From positions 61,397 to 125,396 of the forward strand of contig QFWI01000019.1 in assembly GCA_003149345.1 (NCBI GenBank): a stretch of 64,000 nucleotides of DNA, given 5' to 3'. Under the pieces are notes generated by a model. That model was given only the letters and a program-made list of their open reading frames with translations, had not been told where the DNA came from and made no database searches. Shown here piece by piece: positions 1-8,611 of this stretch. The stretch's first letter is position 1; each line of letters begins with the position of its first letter. A program made the position numbers and the translations under genes. The stretch comes from Vampirovibrio chlorellavorus (lineage in GTDB: Bacteria > Cyanobacteriota > Vampirovibrionia > Vampirovibrionales > Vampirovibrionaceae).

Positions 1-77
1 ACGGCGTTGGCCACGGCATCAATACCGCTTTCAAGGGCGCGACGGGCTTCTTCTTCAAATACAATGCGCTTAGCCAT
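1..77 (-). CDS. groEL: Chaperonin GroEL, N-terminal fragment (gene runs off the window start)
   Basis: Reverse complement of 1-77 reads ATG GCT AAG CGC ATT GTA TTT GAA GAA... = MAKRIVFEEEARRALESGIDAVANA, the canonical GroEL N-terminus. It lies 75 nt downstream of groES on the same strand. Confidence 0.85.
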   Translation of the reverse strand, partial: MAKRIVFEEEARRALESGIDAVANA

Positions 78-152
78 TGTGTTTTACCTCTGCTTACTAA
101 CAACTGTAGGGATAATGCTTCACAGGATTGGGATTTGGGAAACCTGAAGGAA

Positions 153-464
153 TTAACCTTCAATAATGCCCAAAATATCCTTTTCGGAGAGGATTTTAAC
201 TTCCTTGCCGGAGAGTTTCACATCGGTGCCACTGTACTTGGCGAACAGGACCACATCGCCAACTTGCACCTGCATTTCCTCACGCTTGCCGCTGTCATTC
301 AGCTTGCCAGGGCCCACTGCCAGGATTTTACCTTTTTGGGGCTTTTCGCGAGCGGTTTCTGGCAAGTAAATGCCACCGGAAGTTTGCTCGGTTTCTTCCA
401 GCACTTCCAGCACGACGCGATCGCCGAGCGGTTTAATTGCGATTTTGGTTTCAGTTGTAGGCAT
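153..464 (-). CDS. groES: Co-chaperonin GroES (Cpn10)
   Basis: The ORF 153..476 translation (IKPLGDRVVLEV...GGIYLPETAREKPQKGKILAVGPG...GDVVLFAKYSGTDV) is textbook GroES. The track start at 476 is a GTG. The ATG at 464 is preceded by GGAGG (rc of 470-474), so 464 is preferred. Confidence 0.95.
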   Translation of the reverse strand: MPTTETKIAIKPLGDRVVLEVLEETEQTSGGIYLPETAREKPQKGKILAVGPGKLNDSGKREEMQVQVGDVVLFAKYSGTDVKLSGKEVKILSEKDILGIIEG

Positions 465-756
465 AAGAACCTCCACAATCTAAACAGGTGTTGATACTAC
501 AAATGGGTAGTTTTTCGAGTGATTCTATAGTAGGCAAGACCAAAAGCCGTGTCTATCCGGTTAAGGAAAAATTAATAATTACCAAGACACACTGTTCAAA
601 GGAGAGAGGTGGGCGAGACTTCCACTGCCTGGAGGAGCCAGCCTGATGGGCTCACAGGGTATGATCCGGACAGCGCGAAAAATAACTTGGACAGGGATAG
701 TGAAACGTTGGGATAAGCCAGTCCCTGAAATCCTTGGTTCTTGTGAAGGAAGTGCA

Positions 757-1731
757 ATGACAGTGCCCCTGGATAGTGTTATTCAACAATCGGAACGCCC
801 GAGTGGCGTTCTTTTAGCGCTGTTTTTGCCAGTACTCCTTTGCCTGTTGTTTTCTGGGTGCGAACCTGCTTCAAACAGCATGCCGGGGGTACGGCCGGGA
901 GGGGGGGCTATCCCGGGCCGTCCGGGTGGGGCGGGAAGCGTCAATATTCCAGCACAATCATCGAGAACACCCGGTGTTAACGACGCTGTTCGTCCTGTCT
1001 TAAAGCCGGGAGGGGCCCAAACAACACCTGTTGAGACCGCTGCCAGTTTGGTGCCTGCAAAACCGGATACCACAACAGAACAAACTATTCCGAACGAAGC
1101 CTCGCCCCCCAATGCCTCGCCGGTCAATTCGTTGGGGCCCACCGGCAGAGTGGAACAGGCCGGTAATACGGTTGAGTTGGCGTCATCCATCATTGCGGCC
1201 AAGGCCAATCCATTTCTGGACTGGTTACCAAAGCCTTTGCTCACCTCCGATTCATCAGGCGAGACCACGTCTGCGGCCTCGACGGCCCCATCCGCCGACC
1301 CGTTTGACGGGATCACTCTGTTGGGTGTGATGTCGCACGGGAAAAAGGCCATGGCCCTGATTAGCGTTGGGGATGGCCAGAGTCAGTTTGCTGAACCGGG
1401 TAGTGTCATTCCTTTGGGGGCCGGCTTGGCAAAGGTAATAGCCATCCGCTCGGACGGCGTGGATTTTCAGCTACTGGGCAAAGAGCCTCAAGCCAGAACG
1501 CTGACCTTGCCCGATATTATTGGCTACAGCTCATCCGCCAGCCCCGGGGCAAGTAGTCGGGGAGAAGCCTCAGAGCCACCACTGAATACCCTGAACGCAT
1601 CAGGAGGCTCAATCGATAATAAATCCAACTCGGCGTTGGAAAACCTGAAACAACTATTCGAGCAGTCATCAGGGGGACGGTCCGCTTCTCCGGCTGGTGC
1701 TGGCACTCAACTGAATTTACAGGAACGTTAA
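757..1731 (+). CDS. PilP-like lipoprotein with a long Pro/Gly/Ser-rich linker (pilus/secretin-associated)
   Basis: ORF 646..1731. The ATG at 757 has GAAGGA 7 nt upstream. There is a hydrophobic signal ending in the lipobox LLFSGC, then about 190 aa of low complexity. The beta-rich C-terminal domain (ITLLGVMSHGKKAMALISVGDGQSQFAEPGSVIPLGAGLAKVIAIRSDGVDFQL) resembles PilP/GspC-HR. It sits 13 nt upstream of the secretin gene. Confidence 0.5.
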   Translation: MTVPLDSVIQQSERPSGVLLALFLPVLLCLLFSGCEPASNSMPGVRPGGGAIPGRPGGAGSVNIPAQSSRTPGVNDAVRPVLKPGGAQTTPVETAASLVPAKPDTTTEQTIPNEASPPNASPVNSLGPTGRVEQAGNTVELASSIIAAKANPFLDWLPKPLLTSDSSGETTSAASTAPSADPFDGITLLGVMSHGKKAMALISVGDGQSQFAEPGSVIPLGAGLAKVIAIRSDGVDFQLLGKEPQARTLTLPDIIGYSSSASPGASSRGEASEPPLNTLNASGGSIDNKSNSALENLKQLFEQSSGGRSASPAGAGTQLNLQER

Positions 1732-1743
1732 AGGGACGTAGCG

Positions 1744-4161
1744 ATGTTAAAGCCTTGGCAAAACAAATTCCTCAGGCCGGATTGCTTTTCACAGTCTGGC
1801 TTCCAGCTGTTTAAAAAGGCTTTTAATGTTCTGCTGGCCACGAGTCTTTTTGTCCCTCAATTGCAATTATGGGTTTTGGCGGAAACGGTTGGGACAACTG
1901 CGCCTGGTGCGGTACAAGGGCAAATTTCCATTTCCCGAGAAGTGGCCATTTCATCGTCCAAGGAAAAAGTCAGCCTAAACTTGCGAGATGCCAATATCCG
2001 GGATTTGCTAAATATGCTGGCCAAGCAAGGCAACTTTAATATCATTGTGGATGAGTCCGTGGAAGGGACGTTAACAGTTGATATTAAAGATATTCCCATT
2101 AATAAGGCTCTGGAATATATTTTTACTTTAGGGCAATTATCCTACACCAAGGATGGTAATACGGTCATTGTGGCATCCGAAGAAACCGCTTTGAATCGTA
2201 ATTTAACCGCGAAGACCTTCAAAGCCATTCCGGTTCTGTATAAAAACGCCGCTATCATAGCCGGGCAATTAACCAATACTATTTTGAGAGTCCAGCGTCC
2301 CAGTGGTAACAGGGCGGCGTTGGTTTCTGCCGATTTGGACACGAATTCCCTTCTGGTGCTGGGGACGGATTCTGATATTCGACTGATTGGGGATGCCTTG
2401 AGAGAATTAGATGTTCCGCGTAACCGGAAAGTTTACCATATACGGCATAACACACCGGCTCATGTCGCTCAGGTACTGGCGGCCAACTTTTTTGCCACGA
2501 ATAATATGGCTGGCGGTGGCATGGCCGGCGGAATGGCCGGCGGTGGCATGGCCGGCGGAATGGCTGGCGGTGGCATGGCCGGCGGAATGGCTGGCGGTGG
2601 CATGGCTGGCGGAATGGCCGGTGGTGGCATGGCTGGCGGAATGGCCGGTGGTGGCATGGCTGGTGGTGGCATGGCCGGCGGAATGGCCGGCGGTGGAATG
2701 GCTGGCGGCGCGGCAGGCGGAATGGCCGGGGGCGCGGCAGGTGGAATGGCCGGCGGCGCAGCGGGTGGCATGGCCGGTGGTGGCATGGCAGGCGGAATGG
2801 CCGGGGGCGCGGCGGGTGGTCTCAGTACCTTTACAGTGGGTGGGGTGACATTTATTCCTGAACCCATTTCTGCCACCTTGACGGTGTTAGCAACCGATGA
2901 ACAGTTGGGACTGATTGACTCGATCATTGAGCAGGTGGATGTACGTCGTCCGCAGGTGGCCATTGAGGTTTCTTTGGTCGAAATTCAGGACTCCAGCCTG
3001 AAAAATATGGTTCCCACCTGGGATTCCTTCAACTTTGGTCGGATTGCCCGTTTGAGCCCACTGGGCTCCGGGGGGGGCAATTTACTTGAATTGGCCAGTC
3101 CCTTTACCAAGCAAAAATTACAGTTATCCAGGCCGGAAACCTTTACCAATACCGTTTCACTCAGCTACACCAGTCAGAACCTGAGAGGTAAAATCCTGGC
3201 CAACCCAACCATTGTGACCATGGATAACACGTCGGCCAGCATTAGCATTACGGATCAGGTGCCCACTATCAGTCAATCCAACACCATTGTAAATGGCAGC
3301 CAAACCATTACCACCACCATTACCACCCAGGAGGCTGGGGTGACCGTTGAGCTGACGCCTCAGATCTTCAATGATGGTTCGGTATTGCTGAGTTTACAGC
3401 CGGAAGTTTCACAGCCGGTGCGAACGGTGACTGCCACCAGTGGTAGTGGCGCTTCGGCCACCACCACCTCCACCGTTTTGTTGGCCACGCGCAGTATGGA
3501 TATATCCGGCGTCAGGGTTCAGGATGGGGAAACCCTGGTGATTGGCGGCTTGTTGAGAGAGACGGCCCAAACCGACATTAGCAGAGTCCCGGGTCTGGAT
3601 AAGCTGCCCATTGTGAGCGCCATGTTCCGGGCCACCAACAGCAACAACAAGGAAAAGACCGAGCTGGTGCTGATGGTGACACCGCATATCCTGAAGGAAG
3701 AGGCGGTCAGCTACTTCACCCAGCCTCAGGCAAATACCCGTAAACCCACGAGTCTGAATCATGGACACGGTGGCTTGCAGCCAGTGTCGCTGCCGAAATT
3801 TATGGGCGCTACCCCGGCCCTAAAGCCCCCTGCCGGTTCCGATCAGGAGCAGCCAGTGCAGTCAGCCCCGGAGGCCAATAAGTCAGGTTCACAATCGACA
3901 AGCGCATCGCCTGCCATTGGTGGGGCATCGTCTCTGCCAAAAGTGGGGCAGGTGCTACAAGATGCCAAAAAAGCATTTGCTGATCCTCCTGCCAAAGCGG
4001 AATCGAGAGCAGATGCCCTGAAGTCCGATGCCAGTCCTTTATCCAGTTCCTTATCCCGGCTCGGAAAACAGTCTCGCAAGACCAAAGGGGATCGGGTCTA
4101 TGAAAAAGCGCCCTCCCGCCCAGAAATATTGAATAGCCTGGAGGAAATCCTGAAAAACTAG
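1744..4161 (+). CDS. pilQ: Secretin (PilQ/GspD family) with internal Met/Ala/Gly repeat and low-complexity C-terminal tail
   Basis: 805 aa. The N-terminal secretin N-domain-like region reads LNLRDANIRDLLNMLAKQGNFNIIVDESVEGTLTVDIKDIPINKALEYIF. The C-terminal secretin core reads VLLATRSMDISGVRVQDGETLVIGGLLRE...ISRVPGLDKLPIVSAMFR...ELVLMVTPHIL. About 170 aa of Pro/Ser/Ala-rich tail follow the core. Confidence 0.9.
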   Translation: MLKPWQNKFLRPDCFSQSGFQLFKKAFNVLLATSLFVPQLQLWVLAETVGTTAPGAVQGQISISREVAISSSKEKVSLNLRDANIRDLLNMLAKQGNFNIIVDESVEGTLTVDIKDIPINKALEYIFTLGQLSYTKDGNTVIVASEETALNRNLTAKTFKAIPVLYKNAAIIAGQLTNTILRVQRPSGNRAALVSADLDTNSLLVLGTDSDIRLIGDALRELDVPRNRKVYHIRHNTPAHVAQVLAANFFATNNMAGGGMAGGMAGGGMAGGMAGGGMAGGMAGGGMAGGMAGGGMAGGMAGGGMAGGGMAGGMAGGGMAGGAAGGMAGGAAGGMAGGAAGGMAGGGMAGGMAGGAAGGLSTFTVGGVTFIPEPISATLTVLATDEQLGLIDSIIEQVDVRRPQVAIEVSLVEIQDSSLKNMVPTWDSFNFGRIARLSPLGSGGGNLLELASPFTKQKLQLSRPETFTNTVSLSYTSQNLRGKILANPTIVTMDNTSASISITDQVPTISQSNTIVNGSQTITTTITTQEAGVTVELTPQIFNDGSVLLSLQPEVSQPVRTVTATSGSGASATTTSTVLLATRSMDISGVRVQDGETLVIGGLLRETAQTDISRVPGLDKLPIVSAMFRATNSNNKEKTELVLMVTPHILKEEAVSYFTQPQANTRKPTSLNHGHGGLQPVSLPKFMGATPALKPPAGSDQEQPVQSAPEANKSGSQSTSASPAIGGASSLPKVGQVLQDAKKAFADPPAKAESRADALKSDASPLSSSLSRLGKQSRKTKGDRVYEKAPSRPEILNSLEEILKN
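2506..2820 (+). repeat. In-frame tandem repeat (27-nt and 24-nt units) encoding (MAGGG/MAGG/MAGGAAGG)n inside the secretin gene
   Basis: Directly visible. The unit atggccggcggaatggc(c/t)ggcggtggc is repeated head to tail, then atggccgg(g/c)ggcgc(g/a)gc(a/g)gg(c/t)gga variants. The translation contains only M, A and G for 105 residues. Confidence 0.95.
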
Positions 4162-4222
4162 AACCGGGCAGCATTTTTGGGCGGATCAACTTGATGAGGA
4201 CAGTATTGGTAAATTTATTCCT

Positions 4223-5998
4223 ATGAGCCTTGAAGAGAAAAATCTCAATACGGTGACACCGGTTCCGGTCAATCGACCCGCTCGCAAGCGCATTGGCGAA
4301 ATTTTGCAGGAAGCGGGTTTGGTTAATGACGAGGAATTGGAGAAGGCCCTGGATGAATCCAAAAAGTCCGGGCAATTTATTGGTCTGGTTTTGGTCAAAT
4401 CGGGCAAAATTACCGTAGAGCAACTCGGGCAGGCCTTGGCGGTTCAACACGGCCTGAAGTACGTCAGTATTTCCAAAGTTCCCATTAACCCCGATCTGAT
4501 GGCTTTGCTCCCGGACGAGTTTATCCGGGATAAGCAGGTCATTCCCCTGGCCAAGGAGCGGGGCCGTTTGGTGGTGGCCATGGTCAATCCGTCCAACCGG
4601 GAAGTGGTGGACGAGATTACGTTTATCACGGGGATGCGGCCCTTGGTGACCGTTTGTACCAGTATTGAATTTATTGAATTCTGCAATAAAAATCTGACTG
4701 AATCGGCCACCACCTTTCTGAAGCAGGAAATTTCCACCTTCTCGGGTCAGTTGCTGGAACAGGCCCAGGAGCTTGATTTTCGTCAGAAAAACGATGCTGA
4801 AGTTTCTGACCCCACGAACCCTTTGGTTAAATTGGTGAACTCCATTATTGAAGAGGGTATTGAGCGAAATGCCAGCGATATTCACATTGAACCGCGCCCC
4901 AAAAAATACCTGGTGCGGTTCCGGGTGGATGGGATTTTGCGCACGATTCTGGATGTGCCTCAAAATATGGAATCGAGTTTTGTCACCCGGATTAAAGTCA
5001 TGGCCAAAATGGATATTGCCGAGCATCGGCGTCCCCAGGATGGTCGTATTACCATTAAATACAAAGGAACGGATTATAACTTACGGGTAAATACCCTTCC
5101 GGTCAGTGATAATCGGGAAAAAATCGTCATTCGTATTTTGCGGCCCTCTAAAAATATCAGCGATTTCCAGGCCCTGGGCTTTGACGATGAGGATATCCGC
5201 AAACTGGAGTACCTGTACAAGTCCCCCTATGGCATTATCCTGGTATGCGGCCCCACCGGTTCGGGGAAAACCACCACGCTTTACACCGTACTTCAGCGGA
5301 TTAATGATGACATCCGCAACATTTGTACCGTGGAAGATCCGGTGGAATTGCAGATTGAAGGTTTAAACCAGTCCCAGGTGAACCCCAAGGCGGATTATAC
5401 CTTTGCCAGTAGTATGCGGGCCCTGTTGCGTCAGGATCCTGATGTGATCATGGTTGGTGAGATTCGGGATTATGAAACTTTGGAAGCCGCTGTTCACGCT
5501 GCTCTGACGGGTCACTTGGTGTTTAGTACCATTCACAGTAACACCACCGCCGCTACTATTACCCGGATGATCGAGATGGGAGCGGCTTCCAACTTGATTG
5601 GCTCCGCTTTGGTCGGGGTGTTGGCCCAACGTCTGGTACGCAATATCTGTTCGTATTGCAAGGTGCCTTATGAGGCCAGCGAGGCGGAGAAAGCCTTACT
5701 TTTCCCTCATGCCGAGGCAAAGCGTCTGGATCAACTGATTCTGTACAAGGGTAAAGGCTGCGAGCTGTGCATGAACTCCGGTTACTCAGGCCGGAGCGCC
5801 GTTTATGAGATTTTGATTGTGGATCGGGAAATTCGACAATTAATCAATGACAGTCACTCGGATTTGGAAATTGAAGACGCTGCCATTGCCGCAGGCATGA
5901 AAAATTTGGGGATGAGTGGTCGGGCCAAAGTTTTAAATGGGACAACCACCGTTGAGGAAGTGACCCGTGTCTTGGGTGTTAATCTGGGGGGGCAGTAA
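4223..5998 (+). CDS. pilB: Type IV pilus / type II secretion assembly ATPase (PilB/GspE family)
   Basis: 591 aa with an N-terminal T2SSE_N/MshEN-like domain, Walker A GPTGSGKTTT, the Asp/His-box region (VMVGEIRD...LTGHLVFSTIH) and a tetracysteine motif CSYC...CELC. Confidence 0.9.
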   Translation: MSLEEKNLNTVTPVPVNRPARKRIGEILQEAGLVNDEELEKALDESKKSGQFIGLVLVKSGKITVEQLGQALAVQHGLKYVSISKVPINPDLMALLPDEFIRDKQVIPLAKERGRLVVAMVNPSNREVVDEITFITGMRPLVTVCTSIEFIEFCNKNLTESATTFLKQEISTFSGQLLEQAQELDFRQKNDAEVSDPTNPLVKLVNSIIEEGIERNASDIHIEPRPKKYLVRFRVDGILRTILDVPQNMESSFVTRIKVMAKMDIAEHRRPQDGRITIKYKGTDYNLRVNTLPVSDNREKIVIRILRPSKNISDFQALGFDDEDIRKLEYLYKSPYGIILVCGPTGSGKTTTLYTVLQRINDDIRNICTVEDPVELQIEGLNQSQVNPKADYTFASSMRALLRQDPDVIMVGEIRDYETLEAAVHAALTGHLVFSTIHSNTTAATITRMIEMGAASNLIGSALVGVLAQRLVRNICSYCKVPYEASEAEKALLFPHAEAKRLDQLILYKGKGCELCMNSGYSGRSAVYEILIVDREIRQLINDSHSDLEIEDAAIAAGMKNLGMSGRAKVLNGTTTVEEVTRVLGVNLGGQ

Positions 5999-6001
5999 TC
6001 C

Positions 6002-7240
6002 ATGGCGTCTTTTCAGTATGAGGCAATGAAAATTAGCGACCGCAGCCGCGCGAATGGGGTCATTTCTGCGGTTAATGAGAAAGAGGCGCGCGAATTATTA
6101 CGGGAACAAAACTTAATTCCGACCAAAATCTCCATTATTTCCAGCGAGGGTAAGGGAAGCGGGAATAAAAAAAATCCGCTGGCAGAGTTTGTCCAGAATA
6201 TTTTTGGGGTGAGCGCCAAAGATAAGATCGCCTTTACCCGAAATATGGGCATGATGGTGCGTGCCGGGATTCCGGTGACTGAAGCGCTGATGTACTACGA
6301 GAACTTTGCCGCCAACCCCAAATTCCGCAGAATGGTGGGTCGGGTGCGTCAGGATATTTTGGCGGGCTACACCTTAAGTCAGGCATTGGCCAAGCATAAA
6401 AAAGTGTTTGACGAGGTTTATGTCAGCGTGACCAAAGCCGGGGAGCGCAGCGGGGAGCTGGATCAGACCATGACCCGGCTAACCGAGATGTTGACCAAGG
6501 CGGAGCAACTCAAAATGAAAATCATCTCCGCCTCCATCTATCCCATCATTGTGGTGGTCATTTTGTCCCTGGTGTTATTGGTAATGTTCTTGCTGGTATT
6601 GCCCACCTTTGCCGATATTTACAAGCAAATGAACATCCCCTTGCCGATGATTACCCAGATCATGATGGGGATTAGCTTTGCCTTACGGAGTTACTGGTTT
6701 GTTTCCTTTCCATTGCTGGGCAGTGTCTTGTTTGGGATTTACAAATTTTTGGTCAGCCCGGTGGGTAAGGAACTGGTCGATCGCATGGTACTCAAGGTTC
6801 CCGTGTTGGGGGATTTGGTCAAGCATATCCAAAGCTCTCACTTTGTCTCCACCCTGTTTATTGCCTTTGGGGCCGGTTTACCCATTACCGATGCCCTGGC
6901 ATTGTCCACTGAGACCTTGACCCATACCCAAATCAAAGCGGCGTTTCGGCAGGTGAACTTTCAGATTCAGAGCGGTCAACGCTTGGCCCTGGCTTTGGCC
7001 AATACGGGTTATGTACCGGATATCGTGATGCTGATGATCTCCACCGGCGAAGAGTCTGGCGATCTGGAGAAAATGCTGGAGGCCTCCTATGACTATCTGG
7101 AAGAGGAGGTGAACCACCGGGTGGGTATTTTAACCACCATGATGGAGCCGATGATGCTGCTGGTGATTGGGGCCGTGGTGGGCTTTGTGGCTCTCTCCAT
7201 TTATTTGCCGTTGTTCAGTATTTACGACGGTTTGGGTTAA
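6002..7240 (+). CDS. pilC: Type IV pilus / T2SS inner-membrane platform protein (PilC/GspF family)
   Basis: 412 aa with the duplicated GspF architecture (FTRNMGMMVRAGIPVTEAL... and FVSTLFIAFGAGLPITDAL...) and three TM segments. It starts 4 nt after the ATPase stop. Confidence 0.9.
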   Translation: MASFQYEAMKISDRSRANGVISAVNEKEARELLREQNLIPTKISIISSEGKGSGNKKNPLAEFVQNIFGVSAKDKIAFTRNMGMMVRAGIPVTEALMYYENFAANPKFRRMVGRVRQDILAGYTLSQALAKHKKVFDEVYVSVTKAGERSGELDQTMTRLTEMLTKAEQLKMKIISASIYPIIVVVILSLVLLVMFLLVLPTFADIYKQMNIPLPMITQIMMGISFALRSYWFVSFPLLGSVLFGIYKFLVSPVGKELVDRMVLKVPVLGDLVKHIQSSHFVSTLFIAFGAGLPITDALALSTETLTHTQIKAAFRQVNFQIQSGQRLALALANTGYVPDIVMLMISTGEESGDLEKMLEASYDYLEEEVNHRVGILTTMMEPMMLLVIGAVVGFVALSIYLPLFSIYDGLG

Positions 7241-7279
7241 AACACAGGCTAAATCCGCAAAAAATTCAGGTCGCCTTGC

Positions 7280-7425
7280 TTAAAATTAGGTAAGTCTCCC
7301 AAAACTGCGTACTGCTCGGACAAGCCGTGGAATTGCTTCTGGCAACATTTGCCAAGCCATCTTTTTAACTCGCTGTACTCAAACCGTTACAAACGTGTTG
7401 TGAAGGGAGACTTACCTAAAATTAA
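7280..7425. repeat. Copy 1 of a conserved intergenic element (core 7301-7416), closed by a 13-bp perfect inverted repeat
   Basis: aggtaagtctccc (7288-7300) is the exact reverse complement of gggagacttacct (7405-7417). The internal hairpin is tggcaa-cat-ttgcca (7340-7354). The 3' block 7364-7416 matches 61109-61161 at 45/53 positions (hand count). Confidence 0.8.
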
Positions 7426-7485
7426 AAACCCTCTGAATAGTCAGAAGGCTTTTAATCTGGCATCAGTCCTGATTAGGAATGCGCC

Positions 7486-8559
7486 CTATTCAATATATTC
7501 TTTCAGGCGACGGCTGCGATTGGGGTGACGCAACTTGCGCAGGGCCTTGGCTTCAATCTGCCGGATGCGCTCCCGGGTTACCCCGAACAGCTGACCCACC
7601 TCTTCCAGGGTGCGTTGACGGCCATCATCCAGACCGAAACGCAGACGCAGGACATCCCGCTCCCGAGGGGACAGGCTGCTCAGCACTTCGGTGAGATCTT
7701 CCCGCAGCAATTCATGGGCGACAGTGGTGGCTGGGGCTTTGGCTTCCCGGTCTTCAATGAAATCACCCAGACGAGAGTCTTCTTCCTTCCCGATGGGGGT
7801 TTCCAAGGACAGGGGCTCCTGAGCCACTTTGATGATGTCGCGCAGCTTGGGCACGGTAATCATCATGGCCGCCGCCAGCTCTTCTTCCGTGGGTTTACGG
7901 CTCAGCTCCTGGGCCAATTTACGGGTGATCTTCTTCAGTTTGTTGATGGTTTCCACCATGTGTACCGGAATACGGATGGTGCGGGCCTGATCGGCGATGG
8001 CCCGGGTAATGGCCTGACGAATCCACCAGGTGGCGTAGGTGGAGAACTTGTAGCCCCGCTCGTGGTCAAATTTCTCAGCGGCCCGAATCAAGCCCAGGTT
8101 GCCTTCCTGAATGAGATCCAGGAACAACATGCCACGGCCCACATATTTTTTGGCGATACTGACCACCAACCGCAGGTTGGCTTGTACCAGCTTTTGCTTG
8201 GCCCGAGCGCCGGACTCGCCGCCAGCCACAATTTGACGGGCCAGCTCAATTTCTTCATCCCCGGTCAGCAGGGGAATACGGCCAATTTCCCGCAGGTACA
8301 TGCGCACCGGGTCATCGAGGGTCAGGCCCCGGGTTTCCACGTTGTACGTTACTTCTTCCTGCTCGTCATCGTTGGTCAGCAGGGCTACGCTGCCGCTACT
8401 GGCGCCATCGTTAAACAGAGAACCAATCTGATCGGAGTCCCCATCGTCAACGGACAAGATTTCATCGACGCCGCTGCGCTCATCACGTCCGCGTTCGCTC
8501 TTGTTGATCATGGCCAACAAGGAGTCTTCACTCTTTTTTGAGGATCTGCGTTTGGTCAT
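7486..8559 (-). CDS. rpoD: Primary RNA polymerase sigma factor (sigma-70 family, group 1-like)
   Basis: 357 aa with regions 1.2-4.2 recognisable ([38 protein letters not shown]...[45 protein letters not shown]...[20 protein letters not shown]). Confidence 0.95.
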   Translation of the reverse strand: MTKRRSSKKSEDSLLAMINKSERGRDERSGVDEILSVDDGDSDQIGSLFNDGASSGSVALLTNDDEQEEVTYNVETRGLTLDDPVRMYLREIGRIPLLTGDEEIELARQIVAGGESGARAKQKLVQANLRLVVSIAKKYVGRGMLFLDLIQEGNLGLIRAAEKFDHERGYKFSTYATWWIRQAITRAIADQARTIRIPVHMVETINKLKKITRKLAQELSRKPTEEELAAAMMITVPKLRDIIKVAQEPLSLETPIGKEEDSRLGDFIEDREAKAPATTVAHELLREDLTEVLSSLSPRERDVLRLRFGLDDGRQRTLEEVGQLFGVTRERIRQIEAKALRKLRHPNRSRRLKEYIE

Positions 8560-8611
8560 GGTTGGTATCCATCCCTTATTGTGTTGATAATACGGTTGAT
8601 GTGGGCGCTGA

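Noticed and set aside
477-645. CIRCE operator (TTAGCACTC-N9-GAGTGCTAA) upstream of groES
   Set aside because: I looked for it on both strands of the groES upstream region and found no match. No heat-shock operator is claimed.
2411-2963. ORFs 2411..2848 (+, WPAEWPAVAW repeats) and 2469..2963 (-, PPAMPPPAIPP repeats)
   Set aside because: They are alternative-frame and opposite-strand readings of the (MAGG)n DNA repeat inside the secretin gene, kept open only because the repeat lacks stop codons.
3809-5026. 405-aa ORF on the minus strand
   Set aside because: It is antisense to the secretin 3' end and the pilB 5' half, both of which have strong family motifs. It spans their intergenic region without any start context.
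7525-8541. 338-aa ORF on the plus strand
   Set aside because: It is entirely antisense to the well-supported rpoD gene, the translation is low complexity (G/Q/L/F-rich) with no recognisable motifs, and it is a typical shadow ORF of a GC-biased coding region.
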